A stretch of DNA of 40,908 bases from a virus (IMGVR_UViG_3300002307_000103:1-40908), one strand, 5' to 3'; positions 18,629 to 25,795 are shown, counted from the stretch's first letter. A program made the numbers and translations. The notes: generated from the sequence alone by a model not told the origin.

Positions 18629-18802
18629 CCCCCGCCTTGTGCCGCTCTGCCCGCCCAAGCTGCCAAGCCCAGGCCCTACCCCCTTGCCGGTTTGGAGACC
18701 TAGAGGGCTCCCCCGGCCCGCACCGCGCCCCCCTAGCTCACAGGGGGCGCGGGCGGCCTTGGCGGGGCCATGGGGCGTGTGCGGCAAGACACAGGCCCCC
18801 TC

Positions 18803-18831
18803 TCGATGCGTCGGATTGCTCCGCTTGTCAA
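18803..18831 (-). promoter_or_regulatory. Possible sigma70-type promoter for the replication operon
   Basis: gcTTGACA-17 nt-CATCGA directly after the upstream gene stop; the -10 element is weak. Confidence 0.35.
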
Positions 18832-18838
18832 GCCCGCC

Positions 18839-19270
18839 CTAGTCGAGCCGGGCGACCTCGAATTTGTCGGCGTCGCCGGGGGGTATGATCGCGACCCAGG
18901 CATGGGGGTAGACCAGTACAAGGTCGTCGTGCAGCATGGTGAATGCGTACGGGTAGATGGGCGGATCGCCAGCGTACGAGAGGGCGACGCCCTCAAGTGT
19001 GAAACCTTTAAAGGGCTGCCAGCCGCCGAAGGGGTACGCCGCGTTGATTTGATCGCGTGCGCCTTCGACCTTGCGGGGGTCCAGCATCATCGGGATGTAC
19101 CCGAGCGCGCCTTGTATCTCGGCGCATGTGCAGCGGTAGTGTTCGTGAAAGGTCACCCACGGCTGCATACGCAGTACGGTATCGCCCACGGCGCGGTGCA
19201 GGTCTTCGAATTTCCCGGCGTAGTCTTCCGCCAGCGTTTTGGGGGTTTGGGCTTTCAGGTCGTAGGGCAT
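18839..19270 (-). CDS. Hypothetical phage protein
   Basis: AAAGGA RBS; globular-looking sequence (GGWQPFKGF, YAGDPP, VYPHAWVAI, FEVARLD). Confidence 0.75.
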   Translation of the reverse strand: MPYDLKAQTPKTLAEDYAGKFEDLHRAVGDTVLRMQPWVTFHEHYRCTCAEIQGALGYIPMMLDPRKVEGARDQINAAYPFGGWQPFKGFTLEGVALSYAGDPPIYPYAFTMLHDDLVLVYPHAWVAIIPPGDADKFEVARLD

Positions 19271-19309
19271 AGTATGGTATCCTTTAAAGGATGCGTTGGT
19301 AAGGTGAAG

Positions 19310-19468
19310 CTAGAGTAACCATTTGAGCGCTTCGGTACGCGCTGCCGTCTCGTCGGGGAACACCATCCTGCGGTGCGCCCAGGTGGCGAAGTCTAGTACG
19401 CGGACCACCCACCCGTCAAGCCCTATCTCCGGCCTGACGATGACATAGTATCCGCTAGGCGCGAACAC
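19310..19468 (-). CDS. Small hypothetical protein
   Basis: GTG start overlapping the end of the upstream ORF (VFAPSGYYVIVRPE...); start uncertain. Confidence 0.4.
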   Translation of the reverse strand: MFAPSGYYVIVRPEIGLDGWVVRVLDFATWAHRRMVFPDETAARTEALKWLL

Positions 19469-19670
19469 TGTAATCTTCGTTCGGGTACTGGACGATACTC
19501 TTGCCGTTGCGCATGGCCCACCACGTAGTATCCGCGATCCATTCGCGGAAGTACCGATCAGAGTGGTCGCCAGTGCGGTCGTGGATCGGCTTTGCATCGG
19601 GGTTCGTATCGTCGCGCACGATCACCCGGATCATGACGGACTTGCGAGCGGTACGGGGTTCGGAAGACAT
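19455..19670 (-). CDS. Small hypothetical protein
   Basis: GGA RBS before ATG 19670 (MSSEPRTARK...), downstream of the double hairpin. Confidence 0.5.
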   Translation of the reverse strand: MSSEPRTARKSVMIRVIVRDDTNPDAKPIHDRTGDHSDRYFREWIADTTWWAMRNGKSIVQYPNEDYSVRA

Positions 19671-19702
19671 TTCGGTGTCCGATACTTTAAAGCTGTTGAA
19701 GA

Positions 19703-19770
19703 TAGTAAGGCCGCTCAGTACCGACGTGCTGAGCGGCCTTACTAGCGGGTACGGCGCGAACCGTACCCGC
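19703..19770. other. Two abutting strong hairpins (terminator or RNA-processing structure)
   Basis: 19-bp stem TAGTAAGGCCGCTCAGTAC/GTGCTGAGCGGCCTTACTA (one mismatch, 4-nt loop), immediately followed by a perfect 10-bp stem GCGGGTACGG/CCGTACCCGC. Confidence 0.75.
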
Positions 19771-19791
19771 CTCGTCGGTCCCGTGGGGGGT

Positions 19792-20526
19792 CTACAGGAT
19801 CGACGGGAGCGCGTCGATGGCCTTGGACGAACCAATGCCGAGCATCAGTTGCGCCGGGCCGATATACCGGGTCTGGAGCATCTTCTCCAGCGCGGCACGG
19901 TCGGCGCCTTCGCCCACCTTGGTCTCGATCAGCGCCTTCAAGTACGCGATGCCGTCGCCGCCGACTTTGGCCTTCGCCATCAGGAAGGTGAACTTGGCGT
20001 CCTTCGCCTTCTCGCTGTCGAAGACTTCGCGGACCACGGCGTCGGTAACAACGGAAGTCAGCGGGTCTTTGGTCTTGCGGGCCTTCGGTTCGTCCGACTG
20101 CTTGCGCACGTTGCCCTTGGACAGATCGTCCACGGCGCGGGCGTACGCGTCGGCGTAGTCGGGCTCAGCGGGCTCGGCGTCGGTCGGACGCGCCACGATG
20201 GTTTGCAGCGGGTCGGCGGCGGAAGCCGCTTTAAAGGCAGCCCAGGCGGCCACCAGCGGGTCTTTGTTGTACCGGGTCTGGACGCTGTTCAGCCGGTTGG
20301 CGATGTACGCCCGCGTGTGGTCCTTGAGGAAGGACAGGCGCAGTTCGGCGGGGATCAGGGCGCAGTCGAACGACTGCGGACCCTTGAGGTTCGGGTATTC
20401 CGTGACCAGCACGGAAGCAGCGACCGCCGGAGTATCGGCAGCGGGAGCGCCGCCGTCATCGGCCATGCGGCAGGCCAGGGCGTGCGCGGCGAGACCGGCG
20501 ATCATGGCGTGGGAGCGGAGGGTCAT
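19792..20526 (-). CDS. Hypothetical Ala/Lys/Asp-rich protein, probably highly expressed
   Basis: Own promoter, AAGGA RBS, strongly GC3-biased codons, followed by hairpins. Confidence 0.75.
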   Translation of the reverse strand: MTLRSHAMIAGLAAHALACRMADDGGAPAADTPAVAASVLVTEYPNLKGPQSFDCALIPAELRLSFLKDHTRAYIANRLNSVQTRYNKDPLVAAWAAFKAASAADPLQTIVARPTDAEPAEPDYADAYARAVDDLSKGNVRKQSDEPKARKTKDPLTSVVTDAVVREVFDSEKAKDAKFTFLMAKAKVGGDGIAYLKALIETKVGEGADRAALEKMLQTRYIGPAQLMLGIGSSKAIDALPSIL

Positions 20527-20574
20527 AGTGTGTTCCTTGGGTTGTTTTTGCCGTTGCGGCGAGTGAGTAAGGGG

Positions 20575-20603
20575 AGATTAGTCGGGGAATACGGGAGCGT
20601 CAA
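20575..20603 (-). promoter_or_regulatory. Sigma70-type promoter
   Basis: gcTTGACG-17 nt-TAATCT in the intergenic gap upstream of the 244-aa gene. Confidence 0.7.
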
Positions 20604-20622
20604 GCGCCCTGCGAAATAATTT

Positions 20623-21048
20623 TCACAGGCCCCGCTCTGGTACTTTAAAGGTCATCGGCTCGGCTTGTTGCCAGTCGTCGCCATGGTTTGCGAGCGCCAC
20701 AGTGGCGGACTTGGCGATGGGGTCATACTCGACCCGGAGGCGCGACGTGTCCGCCATGACCGTAGAAACGTCCAGGCCGCCCGACTTAAGGCAAGCCGTG
20801 ATCTGCGCAAGGGAGCGGTAAGCGGACGCCAGGAAGTCGCCCCAGGCGCACGCCGCTTGCGTGTAGGACACAGAGAAGTCGCCGGTATTTACGTGGTACG
20901 TGACCCGCACCATAGACGAGCGCGAGTTGAAGTTAACGACGGGGTTTGTACGCGTGCCGCCGATAACCGCTTTCCAGTACAGGCGTTCATTTGCGGAGTT
21001 GAACGCCAGGGCGATTTCGTCCGCGTCCATCATTTTCGTGGTGGCCAT
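20623..21048 (-). CDS. Hypothetical protein
   Basis: AAAGGA RBS before ATG 21048 (MATTKMMD...). Confidence 0.7.
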   Translation of the reverse strand: MATTKMMDADEIALAFNSANERLYWKAVIGGTRTNPVVNFNSRSSMVRVTYHVNTGDFSVSYTQAACAWGDFLASAYRSLAQITACLKSGGLDVSTVMADTSRLRVEYDPIAKSATVALANHGDDWQQAEPMTFKVPERGL

Positions 21049-21059
21049 TGCGGTGTCCT

Positions 21060-21278
21060 TTAAAGTAAGTCCGGCAGGGATTGCCGGGGATAGTACAGGG
21101 CGATTTGCCGGTTGTAGAACATGATCTCGGCGGGTGACCATCCTTGCGCCGTGGCGTGGCGGAACCCCGTAGGGGAATTTCCGATTGCACGCAAGTTGGG
21201 GTACGGCGCGAGGCAGTCCGCCTTGCGTGGCGGTTGCGCGGTACGGCACCCCGTACACGCTATGCAGGGGTCTAGCAT
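21060..21278 (-). CDS. Small Cys-containing hypothetical protein (CxxCxxC)
   Basis: ATG overlaps the end of the upstream small ORF; MLDPCIACTGC...SLPDLL; the stop abuts the RBS of the next gene. Confidence 0.45.
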   Translation of the reverse strand: MLDPCIACTGCRTAQPPRKADCLAPYPNLRAIGNSPTGFRHATAQGWSPAEIMFYNRQIALYYPRQSLPDLL

Positions 21279-21439
21279 AGCCGGTATAAGTGCGCAAAGT
21301 CGAACGGCCCGCGTGTGGGCTTCGTGCATAGATAGCGCCACGTGCCGTTAGGCGTCCAAAAACTTACGCGAGTAGGTTTTGCCGCGTTGGAGCGTATTTC
21401 CCCTAGGCCGGTTGCTGTTATGCGTCGGAACGGGAGCAT
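21272..21439 (-). CDS. Small hypothetical protein (55 aa)
   Basis: TGATG coupling with the upstream ORF and a GGAGGGGAG RBS; MLPFRRITATG...HLYRLC. Confidence 0.45.
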   Translation of the reverse strand: MLPFRRITATGLGEIRSNAAKPTRVSFWTPNGTWRYLCTKPTRGPFDFAHLYRLC

Positions 21440-21675
21440 CACTCCCCTCCGAACGCGACGAGTATCAGGACGATTGCGAACGCGGGGGGCCATACCATCG
21501 CGGCGAGCGCGCCCACGGCAACCCATAGGGCGAACGCGAGCCAAGGGCGGTCCTTGGGGGGCGTGTACGCGTCGGGCGGGGGGCAGTACACCGGACCCGT
21601 ACGGGGGCCATCTAGGGGGTACTGTGAGGGGTTCACGGGCCATGGGCGGCGCGTGGTGTTGGGGCGTTCGTTCAT
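21439..21675 (-). CDS. Small membrane protein with Pro-rich N-terminus
   Basis: AAAGGAG RBS; C-terminal hydrophobic hairpin WLAFALWVAVGALAAMVWPPAFAIVLILVAF. Confidence 0.65.
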   Translation of the reverse strand: MNERPNTTRRPWPVNPSQYPLDGPRTGPVYCPPPDAYTPPKDRPWLAFALWVAVGALAAMVWPPAFAIVLILVAFGGE

Positions 21676-21839
21676 CGGTCGTCTCCTTTAAAGTGTGCGG
21701 CGAGGCGCTTGGCGTAGTCTTCTGGAAGGGTATCGTTGACGGGTTCCCCGCGCGTTTTGCGCGCGTACTTGGACAGCTTGGGCGGGGCGGCGTCGGCGCG
21801 CTTGGGCGCACGGTCCCGATTGCGTCGGGAGGGTTTCAT
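21672..21839 (-). CDS. Small basic hypothetical protein (55 aa, not in the ORF track)
   Basis: MKPSRRNRDRAPKRAD...HFKGDDR; ATGA overlaps at both ends. Confidence 0.55.
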   Translation of the reverse strand: MKPSRRNRDRAPKRADAAPPKLSKYARKTRGEPVNDTLPEDYAKRLAAHFKGDDR

Positions 21840-22036
21840 GGGCGAGGGCTCCGGTTAGGGTGAGGGGATACGCTACACGCGGGACGGATTTCGTCAACGT
21901 CCCACGTCATGCCGCACGCGCGGCAATGGAGTTGATCGGACGTGAGGCGCGACGGGGCGGGACAGCCCCCCGATATGCGGGCGCTAATGGCCCCCTTAAG
22001 AGTATGCGGGGGGCCATGGCGGGACTTGCGTTTCAT
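21836..22036 (-). CDS. Small putative Zn-ribbon protein
   Basis: C...HCRACGMTWD...C; ATGA-coupled to the upstream gene; AGGAG RBS. Confidence 0.55.
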   Translation of the reverse strand: MKRKSRHGPPHTLKGAISARISGGCPAPSRLTSDQLHCRACGMTWDVDEIRPACSVSPHPNRSPRP

Positions 22037-22872
22037 TCAGCTAACTCCTGGGCTTTCTCGATTTCCTTTGAAATGTGGTCGTACGCGTCTTCCGGCGTCG
22101 CGGCGTACCGTGACGCGTCCACCATACCGTTAAGCACAACCGACCCTAACGGCGCGTTAATCAGGTCGCTAACTTCGGTCCGTACCGTGGTCCCGTAACC
22201 GCGCTGCGCGGGCGCTGCGCAGCGCTCAATAACGGAGAAGCACAAGCGGCGGAACATAGCCGGGTGACCTATGGCGAACGCCATATTCGCAAGGTCTAGG
22301 GGTTGATCTACGTACTTCACGCGCACGGTTGCGGCGATACGCATAGAGCGCATTTGGATAGAGAACGCCGCGTACACTTCAACGCGCGTTCCGTTGGTTT
22401 CCATTTGATTGACGTACTGCGCAATACCAGTCCCGTAGTTCGCCATAGCTTGCGCGTCCGTGTACGCGTTTGCGCCGATCCCCACGATTAGGGTTAGTAC
22501 TTTGCCGCTCCCGTTGTCGGCGCGCGGCGTATGGCGAACCATGCAATCGGGAGCGCCCGCGCAAAAGCGTGCAACGTGCGGGCGGAACCCGTAAAAGTCG
22601 GTCTTAGTGTCGGGTTCCGGGGTAGCGAGCGCAAAGACCTTTAAAGCGTCTTGCACCCGTTCCGCGCCCTCAATCCATCCGTCGCGCGCCATGCGCAACG
22701 CGCCAGCGTACCCCGCGTTCAAGTCCCACGAATGCGAGCGGTGTTCCTCGACTGAATACCGGAAATCGCGGGCGGGGAACCATGTTTCAGGCGTCGCGTC
22801 GATCCAGCGTTGCAGATCGGGGAGGCTATCGAACGCGTACAGGGCGCGTTTGGCGTTAACACGGGTTTGCAT
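22033..22872 (-). CDS. vWA/CobT-like partner of the MoxR-type ATPase
   Basis: Directly downstream of the AAA+ gene; alpha/beta pattern (LTLIVGIGAN...VEVYA...VRVK...AFAIGHPAMFRR); no canonical DxSxS MIDAS motif. Confidence 0.55.
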   Translation of the reverse strand: MQTRVNAKRALYAFDSLPDLQRWIDATPETWFPARDFRYSVEEHRSHSWDLNAGYAGALRMARDGWIEGAERVQDALKVFALATPEPDTKTDFYGFRPHVARFCAGAPDCMVRHTPRADNGSGKVLTLIVGIGANAYTDAQAMANYGTGIAQYVNQMETNGTRVEVYAAFSIQMRSMRIAATVRVKYVDQPLDLANMAFAIGHPAMFRRLCFSVIERCAAPAQRGYGTTVRTEVSDLINAPLGSVVLNGMVDASRYAATPEDAYDHISKEIEKAQELAE

Positions 22873-22876
22873 GGTC

Positions 22877-24208
22877 CTAGGCTCCCACCGTCACGGCGCG
22901 TTCGATCTGGTCTCGCGTATCAGTGTCAAGACCCTTGTACACGCAAGCGCTCGCTACGGTCTCCCAGTCCAGCCCGGCGTCTAGCAGCTTGCAACCGTCA
23001 TATGTAGCGCGCGGCGTGACAAGGTGCGCCAAGCCGCGTTTGGCGACTTCGCCGCGCACGGTTTGCACGTACTTGCACCAAGCGGGGTTAGTCGCGAGGG
23101 CGCTTTCTAGCTGGTCATCGTATCCGAACTCTACAAACGCGAAACGGTCCACGCTGGACCCGTCAAGCTGGTTACGTCCCGCGTACTGGCGCGACGCGCC
23201 CGAAAGCTTTGTATTCCCCGCGCCTAGGCAAATGAATTGCGCGTGGCGCTTTACGATACCGTCGGGGAACGGGCATTCCCCGTTCGCGAGCGCGGCGTTT
23301 AGCGCGACTACGGCGGACGCGCTTGACGCGTCCATTTCGTCAAACAAGAAAACCCCGCCGTGTTCGTACGCTTCGCGGAATTGCGTACGTACTGCGTCCC
23401 CCTTGGCGTCCGTGAAGCCTAGAAGCTGGTACTCGCTTTCGACCTTGGCCGCGAAGTAGAATTTAACCCCGAACGCTTCCGCGACCTTGCGCCCGACCGT
23501 TGTCTTCCCGCTACCCGCGGGACCATGCAAGTACACGTTAACGCCAGTCGCGAGCATGGAGATTATTTGCGGCGTTTTGAAATGCACCAAACCAAGCGGG
23601 AGCGGCGGCGCGTCTTTGCGCTCTATCTCCAGACGCATAGGCGTCATTGCCTTTAAAGCTTCCCCGCACGCTTTCAGCGCCAGACTTTCCATGTTCGCAG
23701 TAAGCGCCATTACCATACGCGACACTTCGGTCTCGGTCTCGCCAAGCCGCGCGCGCAAGTCCGTGTCTAGCGTTTCCATGGCGGACTGTAGGGGCGCGAG
23801 TACGCCCGTGCGTACTTCGGTCTTGATCATCACGCGCACGGTGTCGAGATCAACCGACCCGCTAGGGGCGGGAAGGGGCGGGAGAGGGTCGCCAGCGCCC
23901 GGCACGGGGAGCGGCATAGGGTCGGGCGCGAACGGGTCAAACCCCGCCTTAGCGCGCCCCATGCGCGCTTCGACGGTCGCCAGCATACGTTCCGCCGCGA
24001 TAGGGTCTTTGCGCCCGACAAGGTAAACCCCGATTAAGTCCGTGTCGGATAGCGCGTCGGTATTTTGCGAGCCGATTGCGCCCGCGTACGCGCGCAGCGC
24101 ATTGCGGGTTCCGTCAACTAGGCGGCCGCCCGGCTTGATTGGGCGAGAGTTGTCCAACTTCGCCAGTATCGCGCCCCACTGGGTGAGTTTATCGTGATTG
24201 ATTGCCAT
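22877..24208 (-). CDS. MoxR/CobS-like AAA+ ATPase
   Basis: Walker A GPAGSGKT, Walker B FLFDEMD, sensor AGN and QLDGSSVDRF; N-terminal coiled coil; AAAGGA RBS before ATG 24208. Confidence 0.85.
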   Translation of the reverse strand: MAINHDKLTQWGAILAKLDNSRPIKPGGRLVDGTRNALRAYAGAIGSQNTDALSDTDLIGVYLVGRKDPIAAERMLATVEARMGRAKAGFDPFAPDPMPLPVPGAGDPLPPLPAPSGSVDLDTVRVMIKTEVRTGVLAPLQSAMETLDTDLRARLGETETEVSRMVMALTANMESLALKACGEALKAMTPMRLEIERKDAPPLPLGLVHFKTPQIISMLATGVNVYLHGPAGSGKTTVGRKVAEAFGVKFYFAAKVESEYQLLGFTDAKGDAVRTQFREAYEHGGVFLFDEMDASSASAVVALNAALANGECPFPDGIVKRHAQFICLGAGNTKLSGASRQYAGRNQLDGSSVDRFAFVEFGYDDQLESALATNPAWCKYVQTVRGEVAKRGLAHLVTPRATYDGCKLLDAGLDWETVASACVYKGLDTDTRDQIERAVTVGA

Positions 24209-24264
24209 TGCGTTGTGATCCTTTGTCGCGTGTCTGTGAGGGGTACTGGAGCGCTTGCGCGCCC

Positions 24265-24870
24265 CTATTCCGTATCGGGTTCCGCGCCTTCGCAAAACAA
24301 TTCGCCAGCGCAATCGGGAACGGGGCAGTTCAAGTACGCGTGCGGCGCAATATGCTTGTTGGTGACCCGCGCGAGCCAACCGCACGCGGGGCATTCCAGC
24401 TTCAAGAGGGCGGTTGGCTGTTTCTTGCGCCCGCTGGATATACCGCCCGTTATCGCGGCATATGGCATATCACCAAGGCTTGTGATGATAGGGAGCGCCC
24501 ACGCGTACCAGTCCGCGCCCGCGACCGTGCTAGTCATCTTGCCTTCAAGTCCGACCGAAAGCGCGACGCGTTTAAACGTCGCGTTGTGACCCTTATCGAG
24601 ACCCACGGCGGCGTGGATCAATTCATGGGTGAGGGTACTGCAAACCAGCGCAACGTCTGTCAGGGTCGGTTTTATAAATATCTCAAAGTGACCGTCATCG
24701 CTGGCAACGTCGCTCCAGCACTCCCCGATGGCGCGACCTTTAAAGCCTTTGGACGTGAACCCCACGGCAACGCGTACGTTCGGGGGGATTGCGGCGTTGA
24801 TCGCGGCGAACTTGTCGCGGCTCGCGTCGATGAAAGCTTGTAACCATTGTTCGCGGGTTTCGTATTGCAT
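24265..24870 (-). CDS. SprT-like zinc metalloprotease with C-terminal Zn ribbon
   Basis: HELIH...GH zincin motif; C-terminal CPACG...CPVPDC. Confidence 0.8.
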   Translation of the reverse strand: MQYETREQWLQAFIDASRDKFAAINAAIPPNVRVAVGFTSKGFKGRAIGECWSDVASDDGHFEIFIKPTLTDVALVCSTLTHELIHAAVGLDKGHNATFKRVALSVGLEGKMTSTVAGADWYAWALPIITSLGDMPYAAITGGISSGRKKQPTALLKLECPACGWLARVTNKHIAPHAYLNCPVPDCAGELFCEGAEPDTE

Positions 24871-25181
24871 GTTCTCGATCCGTTCTAAGGTGCGCGCGGT
24901 TCTCCCGCCCGCTTTTTAAAGCACGTTCAATCCCCCGACACAAGCGCCAAATTGGGGAGAAGTGAACGGGCGCGCGTGAAGTACGCTTTTGAAATGTCAA
25001 CCCCTCACGTAAAATACCCCGTTTCCCCTTGTTGCGAGTAATTCTCAAATCGACGCTAAGGCGGTTTTAAGCCCCGTACAGAGGCTCCAGAAAAGTACGC
25101 AAAAAGTTCCACGGGTCTCGCCGCGCCCGTTGGCGGTACTTCCCAGCCCCGTACAGGACTATGTGGCTTTCGCGCAACAGT

Positions 25182-25300
25182 AAGTATTCGCAAGTAAATT
25201 TTACTTAGCCCTTACTCAAAGTATATTATGTCAAGCGGTTTGTTACTTGCGAATACTTTACAGTACTTAGGCTCTACTCAGCGTGTACTTAGCCCTTACT
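25182..25300. repeat. 16-bp inverted repeat plus three 15-bp direct repeats (origin- or operator-like)
   Basis: AAGTATTCGCAAGTAA (25182-25197) pairs with TTACTTGCGAATACTT (25243-25258). TACTTAGCCCTTACT at 25202 and 25286; variant TACTTAGGCTCTACT at 25264. Confidence 0.8.
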
Positions 25301-25306
25301 TGGCGT

Positions 25307-25795
25307 TTAGAGTATATCTGGCAGGGTCTCGGCTCGCTTAGTACGTGCTTTCGGTTGCGTGTACTTGTTTGAGGCGAGTGAACCACGGGGAAACGGATCG
25401 TACTCGCGAGCGTCGCAATAGTGGCAGTGGAGCGAGATCGGCCCGTTGTGTATCAGCGTCAACCCCCCGCTATGTACTAGGCCCAATACCGCCCGATGAA
25501 CGCGCGCCATCCACGCGTGGTTACCCGCGCCCCATTGCAGCGCTATACCTAACGCGGGTTCCCAAAGCGGTACTAATCCGCCCTCTGTTATCAGGTATAC
25601 GTCGCGCGCAATCTCGCGCCGCCCGCCCTCCGTGTACTCGATAACTAGCACGGGTCTACTCGGGTCGCGGTCTAGCGCGTGGATATACGCGTCAACGTGT
25701 AGCACAGTACGTTTAGATATGTTCTCCAGTAATTGACCACGTATCCAAGGTCGCCGTGCGAGCGGATGTACTCGGCTCTTCTCTATAACTGCCAT
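25307..25795 (-). CDS. Hypothetical protein (first gene of the leftward arm)
   Basis: 162-aa ORF with HCHYC near the C-terminus and a basic tail; GAGAG upstream of ATG. Confidence 0.6.
   Translation of the reverse strand: MAVIEKSRVHPLARRPWIRGQLLENISKRTVLHVDAYIHALDRDPSRPVLVIEYTEGGRREIARDVYLITEGGLVPLWEPALGIALQWGAGNHAWMARVHRAVLGLVHSGGLTLIHNGPISLHCHYCDAREYDPFPRGSLASNKYTQPKARTKRAETLPDIL

Noticed and set aside
18629-18787. N-terminal extensions in the ORF track (primase from 18787; also PolA 13768, nuclease 16106, AAA+ 24394, fibre 3510, nozzle 36747, GNAT 38342)
   Set aside because: The extensions overlap upstream genes or hairpin-rich spacers. Downstream ATGs with an RBS or stop-start coupling are more credible.
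19501-20619. 372-aa plus-strand ORF and other long antisense ORFs (e.g. 15514-16425, 28691-29629, 33794-34819, 35445-36422)
   Set aside because: They are shadows of GC3-biased genes on the opposite strand, with no RBS, no recognisable motifs and the wrong orientation for their arm.
22877-24208. AAA+ gene as a cobalamin-synthesis (cobS) auxiliary metabolic gene
   Set aside because: No other cob genes are present. The motifs support only a generic MoxR-type ATPase with a vWA-like partner.
24972-25000. Minus-strand TTGACA at 24995-25000 (and 25229-25234) as early promoters
   Set aside because: The -35 boxes are perfect but there is no convincing -10 at 16-18 nt spacing, so they were not listed as features; they remain plausible.
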